A DNA stretch of 64,000 nt from Emiliania huxleyi CCMP1516. Its lineage: Eukaryota. The notes under the pieces were generated by a model. It had not been told where the DNA came from, did not search any database, and saw nothing but the letters and a program-made list of their open reading frames with translations. A program made the translations under genes and the position numbers. Below, one piece after another: positions 1-11,195 of the stretch. Within the stretch, counting starts at the first letter, position 1; each line of letters starts with the position of its first letter. The stretch covers positions 248,001 to 312,000 of the forward strand of contig NW_005202427.1 of NCBI RefSeq assembly GCF_000372725.1, in the 5' to 3' direction.

Positions 1-3000
1 ATGGGAAGACACCCGTGTTGGCAAAGGTGTAGCTGAACTCGCCGGTTGACTGCCGCTCCGACTTGAATAGACTGCCAGCGTCCGCGGCGTCACGGAGGCC
101 ACTGACCACGTCGTGCGGGATATCGGCCTGATCGAACATCCAAGTGACTGTATCGCCGGGTCGGATTGTGACATTGGCCTGGGAGATGTCGAATCCCCAG
201 CTGATGCGGTGCGTCTGAACAGGCGGCGGCGCTTCGCTCGCCCGTTCCACGATGCCGGCGAAGGCGGCACGTAGCGGCTCGCCCCTCTGCTCAAAGAGGA
301 TGCAGTGGCCGCCACGCTCCTTTGCAACGACCTGCACCTTGCCGTCAGCGTAGCTCGTCGTCTCGTAGCTGCCGCTGGTGGTGGTGCTCGAGCCCGCTGC
401 AATCGCAATCTTGGAGGCGTAAGCCTGCGCGGCCGCCTGCACAGAGTGGAAGGTCACGTCCAGGAAGTCCACGTATCCGCCGTCGTATGGGATCACGCCG
501 TCCGCGGTGCCGTGGGTGAACAGAACCTCGCGTGAGCCGAGTTGCGGAAGCGTCGTCGCGAGCTCGTACTCATTGTCTACGCCGCCGACGTAGAAGGAGT
601 CGTCGTGGAACTGCTTGCGAGTGAGCTGCGCTCCGTCGGCAACGGCGGCGGTGATGCGGTCATCGTCGAGCTCGATCATCAGGCGATGAATCAGGGCGGC
701 GCCGTTGGAGCAGCCGTAGAGCACGATGCCGGAGGGGCGAACGTTCCTGAACGAGGCCAGCACGTCGACGAGCTGCGCGATAAAGTCGACGTCGGGCGCC
801 TTGGTGCCCTCGGAGTAGATGTTCCACCCCCTGTCGTAGCCAGTCGGAGCAACCACGATGTGGCTCTGCCGGAATGGCGCGAGAGGGCCGTCCAGCGCCT
901 CACCCAGCATGGAGGTCCCATCCCCGCCGGCGCCATGCAACGCGATGATCAGTGGCAGGCGCGCCTCAGACCCGCTTGCTGGCACAGATACTGAGTAGCG
1001 CCGTTGCTGAGAGATCATGCCTTGCTCTGGTTGATTCCACGTCTGGCTGCAGCATCGACTGTCGCCACTCGTGAGCAGCGGCCGCGAGGGCGAGGGTGAC
1101 GGCGCGGGGAGAGGTGACGGCGACGGCGACGGCGAGGGCCCAGGCGACGGGCTCGGCGCGGGCGCGGGCAGGCTGGGGCTTGGCACCGGGTCGGACGGGT
1201 TCGGCACGGACTCGGGATCGGCAAAGTGCGTCACCGTCCAGCACTGGCCCGGGGTCGCGTCGACCGGGTCGGGCTTGAGCGGGTACGCCTCGCACGAGCC
1301 GCCCGCGTCAAAGTCGAAGAGCGGCGAGCCGGGCGGATGGTCCTCGTTGGCGTCGCGGCACGAGTCGAGCTGCGACGGCTCGATCGAGCGGCGGTAGTCG
1401 CACCGGTTGACCACCCCGCCGAGCGCCTCCGGGCCCCAGCCGCAGCAGCAGTGCAGCGTGCCGGCGTAGCCCCGATGCCAGTGGTCGCGGACCCACCAGC
1501 CGTACGTGTCCTCCGTGTCCGAGCCGTGGCAGTGGCCGTCCGTGTCGAGCTCGTCCGCGTCGGGGGTGGAGCAGTGCGCAAAGTTGGAGTCGCGGAAGCC
1601 GCCCTCGGGCACCCACCCTGCCTGGGGCAGGATGCGGCAGAACCAGCCGCCGCCGCCGCAGTCGATCGGCCCGTCGAGGTGCGCCGCCTTGACGCCCTTG
1701 GCGGCGCACGACGCGGCGAGCGGATCGGGGCAGGCGCCGTCGGCCAGCACGGGCGTCGCCGGCGTGCCGTCGTGGTAGCGGCGGCTCGTGGGGTCGTCCT
1801 CCCACGGAGGGCCGGCGTCGTCTTCGCACTGCTGGCTCGGCCCGTCGGGGGCGGCGCAGTTGGCGCTGCCCGCGCACGGCTCGGTCGGATACGGCGGCGC
1901 GGGCCCGGGCGACGGCACCGGGCTCGGGGACGGCGCTGGGGATGGCGCTGGGGATGGCGACGGCGACGCCTGTGCATCGCTCGACCAGACCAACTGAGCG
2001 TCGTGGCCGCAGCCCGTGCCGCGGGTGCAGTCGGCGCGCAGCTCTGCGGCGGTGCAGAGCCGGGCGCCGGCGTCGCTGCAGATGGCCGCGGCCTCGACGA
2101 AGGTCTTGCGCTCGTGGCAGTCGCCCATCTCTGGCCCGTTCGACTCGGCCCACACGTCGCAGCCGCCGTTCTGGCGCCACCCGCCGCCCAGGTTCGTGTC
2201 GGAGCAGCAGCGCACCTCGTGCTTCTCGCTCGGGTCTGCCCACCCCGCGTCCTCCGAGCAGCGCCCGGCCCGGCCGCACTCGACCTTGCGGCGCGACGGG
2301 CTCGGTGAGGGCGACGGGCTCGGCGACGGGGAGGGCGAGATCGAGGACACGCATACGCCACTTCGCCACTCGATGCAAGCTTCCTCGGCGATCGCCGCGG
2401 TAGCCCAGGCCGTCCAGTATGCGTAGCCATCACTGCTCAGATGCAATCCGTCCGAGTCGTAGAGTGAGGTCGGATTGCCAAGTGACTCAAAGCTGGCATA
2501 CACGTCCACCATTGCCAACGGCGCCAGTCCTTGGCCCGCCGCGAGCGACGTCGCGAAATCCCGGATCTGTGCGTCATACCTCCGGTACTTGGAGTGGAGG
2601 TTGGTGGTGTCGGGCTCTGGCTTTGTGCCCATGTACACGACCCTCGTGCCGCGAGCGCGCATCGCATTCACCACGTCGCGGAAGCGTTTGAATGTGTTAG
2701 TGACTCCGGTGCCGTCTGCGAGGTCGTTCTCACCGCAGACGAGCACGGCGACCGCTGGCGCAAACTCCCTGAGGAGCGCATCGAGCCCATCATTGAGCAC
2801 ATCCTTGCACGTATAGCCGCCAACGCCCACGTTGTACGAGACGTCGAAGCGCTCGTGGGTCTGCCAGAGCTGAATGTCGCTGTCGCCGAGGAAGAGCGTA
2901 TTGCCTGCAGCGCGCGGAAGGGCGGCGTGCGGACCGCGTGAGTTCAGCGGGATGATGTGTGGTGGAGAGCGGGCAATGCCGCACCTGCAAGGAAGCCGGC

Positions 3001-6000
3001 GTCGTCGCTCACGCATACCGGCTGCGAGTCGCGGTTGGAGCCGCCTCTGCCGTGTGTGTTCCAATAGAGGAGCTCTCCGTCCCATGCGTAGCAGCCGCTT
3101 GGCGCGCCACTGTCCCTCTCCGTACCGTCCCATTCCACTGCGCACCTTCCGCAGCCTAATGCCGCCAGGATCTGCGCCGCCGCACGGCACTGAGCCTCCG
3201 AGCGTGGCTTGCTGAAGCCCGAAGAGCACGTGTTGGTATTGCGAGAAGCGAGCTCGATCCAAGTGGGTGGCGAGGGCGAGGGCGAGGGCGAGGGCGTGGG
3301 CGAGGGCGAGGGCGAGGGCGAGGGCGAGGGCGACGCCTCGATGATCTTCTCAGCTGTGTTCCTGCCGGATTCGAAAAAGGCCCGGCCCTCGATGGCGAAC
3401 TCGCCGGCGATGTAGAGCCTGCCGTCTATTGGCTCTGCATAGACGTCATAGTGCGGCTCGACGCCGGGCGAATCGTCCGAGAAGACTCCTCGCGACGGTT
3501 CGGCCGACCAGTTCTGGACACGATGCTGCACGTACGTCCGCCGGGCATCTCCGTTGTACACTCGATCAAGGTCGTCAAGGACCCGTTCGATAACCTCGTC
3601 GTCAGATAAAGCAGCAAGACCGTTCTGTCCGATGCCCAGGTTGGTTACAATATGCCGGCCGCTTGCGGCGGGTTCGCCAAACGTCGCGTCGAAGTAGTAC
3701 GTCGCAAAGCTGTCCTCTCGGAAGATCTGCAAGTTCTCCGCGTAGAACCGCTCACTGAACTCGACCCAGAAGCGAAGGCCGCCCACGTTTGGCCTCGAAT
3801 CTATCGCATTCCGGTAGCTTGGTGGAAGGGGCGGCTCAAAGGCAATGGCCCCGTCTTGGAGCACGGCGAGTGGCACGGCCATGACGACGGACTTGGCTTG
3901 ATAGGTCTGCCCGCTCGAGGTACAGACCGTGACCCAGTCACCATCGCTGTAGTTCACCGTGGTCACGCGGGTGTCCAGCTCGATCTTGCTGTTCACATAC
4001 GGGATGACGTACCTGGAGAGGTAGCCAAAGTAGGTTCCGTTGACAAACACATCCTCGACAATTCCCGACCCATCGAGCGTCTCGCACGTCACGCTGCCGC
4101 CGCTGCTGATGTCGCACGAACGCGTGTTGTCAGGGTCGAAGAGGGACACCGGGGTGTCAAAATCCTCATCTTCGTTCAGGTCAAGAACCTGTCGCAACCC
4201 GTCGATGCCATTGAACGCGAACGCCGCGCCGAGGTCGAGCCGGAAGCCGTCTCCGGTAAAGTCTGCAGGGACGTCCCGGATCCGGCCACCAACACTGGAC
4301 GACGCTTCCAGGAGCCGGAAGGACTCGTAGCCATTCCGCTGCAAGGTGTATCCGGCGAAGAGGCCGGCGCCGCCGGCACCGACAATCACCGTATCCAGCA
4401 CCGTGCTCGAGGAGGACGGGGAGCACGTAGCTGGCGTCGATTGTGGCGGCGAGGGCGAGGGCGAGGCCGAGGGCAGCGACACGTGGAGGGACACCACATC
4501 GAACCCGGCAGTCGACGAGGCCTCTCCCGCATTCTTCAGCGCAACGCTGAGCACCTGACCAGCGCTCGCCGCGTCTGCCGTCCACTGCGTCTCGAGCCGC
4601 GTCCAGATGGAGGGCCAGCCGTCGACCCAGTTCACCTTGCGGATCCCCATCACGTCTTCGGCGGCGCCGTCCTGGCAGAGGGGAGAGGGAGGTCAGGAGA
4701 AGACGTGTGGGATGCAATGGGGCTGGAGCATACCGTGGAGGACCCCTTGCGGACGTGTGGGATGCAATGGGGCTGGAGCATACCGTGGAGGACCCCTTGC
4801 GGACGTCAAAGCCGACGAACGTCGCCCCGGAGGCCTCACTCCAAAAATGCGGGTGGCCCGGAACGAGCTGGTCGCCGTCGGCGGCGAGCAGCATCGTCGC
4901 GCCGTACCGCTCAACCTGTGGGTCCCAGCTCGTGCACGCGATGCCCGCGCGGTCGTAGTAGGGCCCAAGCGCCGACGATGCGTACGGCGCTCTGCAGCAC
5001 CGGATGTTGTAATTTGCGTCCAGGGCGCCGTATGTGCCGCACGCGTACCAGAAGGTGCCCTCTGCGGTGGCCTGTTTCCATATCGCAGGGCCCTCCATGT
5101 AGGCCGTGCTCCAGCGGTCGCCCTCGTCGTCCCACCAGTCTGGCGGCGCGAAGGCATCCGGCGGGTAGCCGGCCGGGATCATGCCTCCGGCCCAGCCGAG
5201 GATGCGCGTGTGCACCGGCAGCGGAGAGGTTGCGTGGCTCGAAAAGTCGGGGCTCGCGACAGGGGCGTTTGTGTTTGGGTCGAGGATCTTGCCGCTGGCT
5301 GGGTCGAGCTCGCAGACCCACCCCACATGCCCGCCCCACGACATCCACAGCCTGCCGGCCTCCTCGTCGTAGTACAGGTGTGCGTCGATGGCCCACGGGC
5401 GCTCGCTGCCCACGTGCTTCAGGACCGTCTCGTAGATGGGGCCGGCGTCTGAGAGGGCGAGAGGGGCCGTCAGATGGGCGCGCGGCGTATGCGAGTGCCG
5501 CGTCGCGCTCGCCGTCGTTTCCCGAGTCGTCGGCGAAGGTGTACTGGTCGGGAGCGCTGCCGCCGAGTCGGACCATCTCGATCTTGCTGATGAGGCGGAA
5601 CTCGGAGTCGTCGTAGAAGGTGCAGAAGACGGCCTTGAGCCCCTGCGGCGTGATGATCGGCGCCTGCGCCATGCACTCAACCAGCTCGCCCCCGTCCTTC
5701 CACGGGTCCGCGATCGGGTCCTCTGCCACCTGCTGCCACGCGATGCTACCAGCCACGTGCAGACGGTACTCGCCGTCAAAGAAGACGTTGGTGCCGTCAT
5801 CAGATGGGATGGTGACGGCCGGCCCGCTGAGCCGCGGCGGGCTCACGAGGGCGCTGGAGGCTGCGACGGCGGTGCCGCCCACCTTGAGGCTGGACACCGC
5901 GGTGACGCTGTCGTACCTCACTCCATCTGTCGGGCCTTTGAGGTTGTCCGGCAGCTTGCCCGCGTACTCGGGGTGGATGGAGCGCGAGTACGCGACGAGG

Positions 6001-6306
6001 GTATAAGTGGCTCCGGGCAGTACTTGGTGAGACAGCGTCTGGCTCAGCTCGGTGCCGGCCGGCACCGTCGCATACCTCGAGCCGGCCACGGGTGCCTGCC
6101 GGGTGACGTGAGCATAGGGTGAGAGTGGTGAGGTGGTTACGCCCAAGAGTGACCCGTGCGGGGCATCATGCAATGCGCACCCAGATCTCGTCAGCGCCTG
6201 TCGCCAGGTTGGACCAGCCGCCAGCCGACTCGAAGGAGGGGTTGGAGAGGGCGAGCTCGGCGCCGTGCGCGAGCGGCAGGAGCGCGAGGAACGAGAGCCT
6301 CGGCAT
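1..6306 (-). CDS. Giant secreted multi-domain enzyme, 3'-truncated by the window edge: signal peptide, CBM-like, GH43 glycosidase, flavin amine oxidase, Cys module, SGNH hydrolase, Cys-rich modules, LpqC/PHB-depolymerase-type esterase, cupredoxin
   Basis: ATG 6306 MPRLSFLALLPLAHGA (signal-like). Introns 6096-6180 (GT-AG), ~5449-5512 (GC-AG), 4672-4783 (GT-AG) and 2905-2984 (GT-AG) join the exons in frame. The last exon is open from 2904 to base 1 and is missing from the ORF track. Motifs: WAIDAHLYYD/MEGPAIWK/PGHP/WVDGWP (GH43); VIVGAGGAG..LEASSSVGGRI..LYIAGE (amine oxidase); LFLGDSD..CGENDL..DGLHL (SGNH); LHGAGG..GCSNG..HGTADGVIPYDGG (esterase); IRPGDTVTW..PHDVV..FSYTFANTGVFP (cupredoxin). 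(SP)n linkers separate the domains. Confidence 0.8.
4702..4806. repeat. Exact 50-bp tandem duplication spanning an exon/intron donor junction
   Basis: gacgtgtgggatgcaatggggctggagcataccgtggaggaccccttgcg at 4702-4751 and 4752-4801, followed by gacgt. Confidence 0.95.
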
Positions 6307-6899
6307 GGCCGTGATAGAATGTCGAAGCGTTCTTGTGGTGGCGGGAAGTGCAGACCGACCAAAAAAGGCAAGCGCATCCACGACAGCGGTTTTGTTTTAC
6401 TTTTTCACCTTTCCATCAACAACATCTGAGCCCCCCCTGTCTGGCGCTCTCGCTCGCTCGCTCTCCCTGGCGGGCGTCAGGAGGAAGGAGAGACCAGTTA
6501 CAACCGGCCAGACTTCATGAGGCGGACTCGCTCGTAGACACACCGGTAGATGATGAAGGGACCACTGCTGAATGATGAAAGAATCTACCGCTGTCAAACC
6601 CTTCGGGTCACTCCTCATCGCAAACCCTGTCAGCAGTCCTCCTCCGGGAATGTACGTAAGAGCCACGTACACTGGAGAGAGTACACTGGAAAAATCTTTG
6701 CGGCCGGGCTTTCTTCTTTCTCTTTGTTCACGCAGTGTCGGATGCCGCTGCTTGCTTCTACCTCGAAGAGTAGAGATGTATCGCGCGCCTTGGGGGATAA
6801 GGAAAAGCCTTGGCCGTGGGAATCGGCACATGTACATGTACATGTTGTACATGACATGTGTGTAAAAGTAATGGGACGTACTCAAGGAGTACGCCGGCC

Positions 6900-8057
6900 A
6901 TGTCAGCTACTATGTCTGCAGGTAGCCTCTCCTCTCCGCGCGCTCGCCGCGGTCTCTCCTCCCTGCTTCCCAAGCTGCGGCGCAGCAGGAGCCGCGTCGC
7001 CGCGCCGGCCGCGCCGCCACCGCCGCCAGAGCTTCCGCAGCCTCCGTCTCCGGCCGCCGCGCCGCCGCTCGAGCCGGCGGCGCCGCCGCCTCCACCGCCG
7101 CCGTCGACCGAGGTGTCGACGGCCGAGGTGCCGGCGTCCGAGCCGTCCGAGGTGACCGCGGCGGAGGAGGAGCACGAGGCCGAGGCGCCTGGCTCGGATG
7201 GGGCGGCGGCGGCGGTCGCCTCCGGACCCAGGCCGCAGCCAGTCCGCAGGCCGATCGACGCCCCGCGCTGGCTGCGGGACGCGTGCTTCGACCTCGGCCG
7301 CGCCATCACGGTCGACTGGCACGCGCGCGGCGCCGGCGACGCGGCGTGCGCCGCGCTGGCAGACGCGTGTGACGGCGGGCGCGGGCTTGCGCAGTGCGTG
7401 AGGATAGACCTGTCTGCCAACGGGGTGACGGACGCGGGGCTGGGCGAGCTGATCGCGGCCGGCAGGGAGGGCGGGCTCCGCCACGTCGTCCGCCTCGACC
7501 TGTCGCACAACCGCCTGACGGACGCCGGCGTGTGCTCGCTCGCCGACGCGCTCGCCGACGGCTGCTTCCGCAACCTGTGCGACCTCCGGCTGGGCGGGAA
7601 CGGGTTCGGCGACCCCGCGCTCGAGCAGCTGGCCCTCGCGCTCTACTCGCCCACCCTCCAGGCGCCCATCCGCGAGCTCAACATCTGGCGCCACCGCGGC
7701 ACCACCGCCGGCCGGCAGGCGCTCGAGGCTGCGGCGGCGGCGCTCGAGGCGCCGGCGCAGGTGAAGCCGCCAATCGCATTCTACCTGACGGTCGCCTTTC
7801 CCTCGGGCGACAAGTCGATCGGCGTACCCGCCTCGCCGCTCGACGTCCTCGAGGAGCTCCTCTCCTCCTGCCTGCGCTGCGCGCAGTGCCGCGGGCCAGA
7901 CGACGCGACGCGCGACGCGATCGACGAGGTGCACGCGAAGTTCCTGCAGTGGCAGGAGCGGTGGACCTTCACGATCGACCTCACGCCGCAACACACCGCC
8001 GCCGCGGGGTCGCAGGCCCGAATGTCACAGCCGGGCAGCGTGAAGAGAGTGAAGTGA
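6900..8057 (+). CDS. RNI-like leucine-rich repeat protein with Pro-rich N-terminus
   Basis: Three LRRs: IDLSANGVTDAGL, LDLSHNRLTDAGV, LRLGGNGFGDPAL. Intronless ORF. Confidence 0.75.
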   Translation: MSATMSAGSLSSPRARRGLSSLLPKLRRSRSRVAAPAAPPPPPELPQPPSPAAAPPLEPAAPPPPPPPSTEVSTAEVPASEPSEVTAAEEEHEAEAPGSDGAAAAVASGPRPQPVRRPIDAPRWLRDACFDLGRAITVDWHARGAGDAACAALADACDGGRGLAQCVRIDLSANGVTDAGLGELIAAGREGGLRHVVRLDLSHNRLTDAGVCSLADALADGCFRNLCDLRLGGNGFGDPALEQLALALYSPTLQAPIRELNIWRHRGTTAGRQALEAAAAALEAPAQVKPPIAFYLTVAFPSGDKSIGVPASPLDVLEELLSSCLRCAQCRGPDDATRDAIDEVHAKFLQWQERWTFTIDLTPQHTAAAGSQARMSQPGSVKRVK

Positions 8058-8486
8058 GCGCTGGAGAGAGAGAGAGAGCTAGTCACTTGCTCGAGAGTCA
8101 CCGGCAAGTGTGGACTGTGCACTGTGTGGGGACTCTCTGGAGTGTGGAGACCGTGGAGTCTGGTCTCTGCATGTGCCGCGCCCTAGCTCGCTCAGAGCGG
8201 TGTCCACCCGCGTGTTGGGAACTTATATAAGAGCCGTAAGTGTGAGAACACGTTCATATGCCCTGCACAATTACGTTAGTAACAATCGTATAACACAAAC
8301 CACGGCCACTGTGTGCCACACGACCACCGGGCGGCGGGAGCGATGCTAGGGCAAGAGTGACGCGTGTGGATGGCGAAGCGAGAGGAAGTGCGCGTGGCTC
8401 GAGCGTGCCGCGCAGCTTCTGCCGTGCCACCCCACACTCACAGCCGTACAACACGAGAGCGCGAAAGGAGTGCGACAGAGCCTCTG

Positions 8487-9120
8487 TCAAACCTTTGCGG
8501 AAGCATCCTGCGAGAGTGAGGAGGTGGTGGGAGGAGCCCCGGCCGCGGGCGGGCGGGCGGGTTGGCGCGCCTGCGCGGCGAGGCTGCCCGAGGCCGCGCG
8601 CCCGCCGTTCGAAGTGCCGCCCGCGGCCGAGGTGTCTCCCGGCCGGTCGCCCTGCAGCTCTGCCGCCTCAAAGGCGCCCAGCAGCATCTGCAGCCGCACG
8701 CTCACGCCGACCACGACGAGCTTGTAGAGCACGTTGACCGCGGTGAGCGCCACGGCGACCTGCTCGCGCCGCGTCATCTGCTGCATCTGCTCCCACGTGA
8801 AGGGCTGCAGCGCGGAGTATTGGTACAGCCACAGCGCGTCAATCAGCACCGACACAAGCAGGTAGACCCAGAAGGCGCGCACCGCGCCTGCGTCGGAGGC
8901 CCGCGAGTGAGACACGCCTGTGCGGCGTCCGCCGTAGCGCGCGCGCAGGCTCACCCTTTGAGTGCGTATGTGCTCCGTAAAATCCAAAGAGGCAGACGGC
9001 AAGCGTCGGCTCGGGCCGTAGTATGCTGAGGAAGATGCTGATGAGGAAGATGCCCGTGGTGATCCAGATGAGCGTCTCGCAGCTCTCGTCGATCTCAGCG
9101 CGCACGGACGACGTTTGCAT
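8487..9120 (-). CDS. Small multi-pass membrane protein (weak resemblance to AGTRAP family)
   Basis: MQTSSVRAEIDE..LIWITTGIFLISIFLSIL; GT-AG intron 8888-8954 joins HSK-GAVRAFWVYLLVSVLIDALWL in frame; 3-4 hydrophobic segments. Confidence 0.65.
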
Positions 9121-9528
9121 CGGCACCGCGCGAACTCGCCGTACTGAGCCTAGCGCGAACTCGCCGTCTGAGCAAGGTGTGTGAACTTGTCTGTCAAAGC
9201 AACGGCGTTTTTCTTTTTTCGCGATCTCCGTTTTTTTCCACACATCCAGATTTAGCGAGGTTTAGTTAGTTAGTGCGTCTTTAGTCCAGCCGCGCAGTAG
9301 GATCCAGCCGCAGCCCCTCGCTGGGCCTCCCTCCCCCTCTCCCCCACCTGCAGTTCCCTGCCCACTCGCAAAAGTTCCCCGTCCCATCCGCATCCCCAAC
9401 CGAACGAAGGTTCTTCAGCTGAATATCAGCCTAAAAGGTGCTTTCCGGGCTGCTTCTCCTTTGAGCTGCTTCTTCTTTGAGCTGCCTGAGAATTGGAACA
9501 AATTCAAGCGGCCGGACGGAGCTGCGTG

Positions 9529-10344
9529 ATGTCACAGCGTGTGTCTTTGAAAGCATCCAGGGACAGCTGCAGGCTGGAGCTGCTGGCACTGGATACGCGA
9601 GGTCTGCATCGAGCACTCGTGGACCTGAGTGATCAAGATGCGACGTCTCCACCAAGTGAGGCACGCAGCGAAGCATTTGTCCAGGCTGTACGTGCTGCAC
9701 AGCTTGCCCTCGCCCCAGATGCCGTGGGCGCATCCTCCACCCGTCAAGGGCCGGCATACTCTGATGCTCACGTGCACGGCGTGATTCTGCAAGCAGTCAT
9801 CCTCCCATGCCTCGAGCGTATAGTGCATAGCATTGGCATCGAGCTATTGAGCATTTTCTTCTTCGGTGTATTTGCCATTGCACTTAGGAGGTGCATGACT
9901 GGGGCTGGATCCAACATGCTACAAGCACACGCGTATGTAAAGCTGCTTGCGGTGACTACATGGATCATTGCCATTTGGCCGTTTCTGTCATCGTGGTCTG
10001 GATCCTTCATCCTTTGGTTCAACATTGGTTTTGAAATTCCAAGACCGACCCTCACCTCTACTCTATTACAGCTGGTGGTCACGGGCACAGCATGGGTTGT
10101 GCGGTCGGAGGTGGTGCTTGCGGTGGCGCATTCAACTGTGCTGGTCCTCCTCTCGGGAATCGGTGCTGTGCCTGTGCTCAGTCGGGAGATCTTGCTCTGG
10201 AGGGCGGCATATCTAGCCTCACTGGGAGCCTGCCTTTGGGTCATGAGGGCAGGGGCCAGGCATCTCCTGTGGTGCATTCTTGGCAGCCAAGGAGCAAAGC
10301 ACGCGGCCCTGGCCAGCTGTGGTGTGGCTGGGAAGCCGTGCTAA
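9529..10344 (+). CDS. Hypothetical membrane protein, possibly transposon cargo
   Basis: ~270-aa intronless ORF with several hydrophobic segments and lower GC than the flanking genes; no family motif recognised. Confidence 0.3.
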   Translation: MSQRVSLKASRDSCRLELLALDTRGLHRALVDLSDQDATSPPSEARSEAFVQAVRAAQLALAPDAVGASSTRQGPAYSDAHVHGVILQAVILPCLERIVHSIGIELLSIFFFGVFAIALRRCMTGAGSNMLQAHAYVKLLAVTTWIIAIWPFLSSWSGSFILWFNIGFEIPRPTLTSTLLQLVVTGTAWVVRSEVVLAVAHSTVLVLLSGIGAVPVLSREILLWRAAYLASLGACLWVMRAGARHLLWCILGSQGAKHAALASCGVAGKPC

Positions 10345-10565
10345 AGTTGCGTGCCCGCACTAAAGATGCGGGACCCACACTAAATGTACTGCAGCTGCCC
10401 GCACCTAAAGTGAACTAAATGTGGCGCTAAATTGGAGATAAAACACACTAAATATGTGCTAAATATGTGCTAAATATGTACTAAATATGCGCTAAATTTG
10501 CGCTAAAGTCGCACTACACACGCACTCGAACACACACTAAATAGCGCACTAAACTATCACTAAAG
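10341..10565 (+). repeat. Degenerate ~11-bp CTAAA tandem array
   Basis: ctaaatatgtg-like units (best at 10448-10506), more than 12 CTAAA copies; inverted TTTAG copies at ~9249-9283. Confidence 0.8.
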
Positions 10566-10693
10566 TTCATTCACACTTGGAGCACTTGGAGTGCGGTCAT
10601 TAACCTCACGTCCAGGACCGGGGAGCTAAGAAGCGCACCCAGTTGGCCGGACGCTCGGCATCGGGTCCACACGCACTAAATTTAGACCCAGGC

Positions 10694-11090
10694 AAGTGGC
10701 GTTTATTTTTGCTTGGGCGGCACTCATGACGGGGTAGGTAGGGTAGGTCTGGGCCCTCCCGTCGGGGTTTTCCCTCTCTGGAATTTTCAGAAAAAGAAAT
10801 TTTCCGCGGAAATCACGATGTCAACCCTCCCCAAATGGGTGATCTGATGCTTGTAGGGCTTGAGAGTGGCCTCCCATGTCACAAGAAGGACTGTGGATGC
10901 AGGAGAGTACCACCAACCATCACTCTAGTTGGTATAGTACCCCACCTTCACCCATCCGGTGATTTCTTTTTTAGTTTCCCATAAGTAGGGTAGGGTAGGT
11001 AGGTAGGTAGGTAGGGGCACCGCAGGGGCCGGCCAGGGTTTTTGCAGAATTTCATCATGAGTGCCGCCCAAGCAAAAATAAACGCCGCCT
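10694..11090. mobile_element. MITE with 32-bp perfect TIR core and 9-bp TSD
   Basis: ggcgtttatttttgcttgggcggcactcatga (10698-10729) and its reverse complement (11055-11086); flanking direct repeat gacccaggc (10685-10693, 11091-11099); internal (GGTA)n tracts. Confidence 0.85.
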
Positions 11091-11195
11091 GACCCAGGCG
11101 CCCTCCACGAACACAGAGGCACAGTGGTGCGCACCCCGCTCGCTGGGCGTGCCTTTGTCATTACCGCAGTAGTATCTCTCGTCTCGTTGCTGGCA

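Noticed and set aside
6826..6862. Palindromic (ACATGT)n tract upstream of the LRR gene
   Set aside because: Short low-complexity repeat with no further supporting structure.
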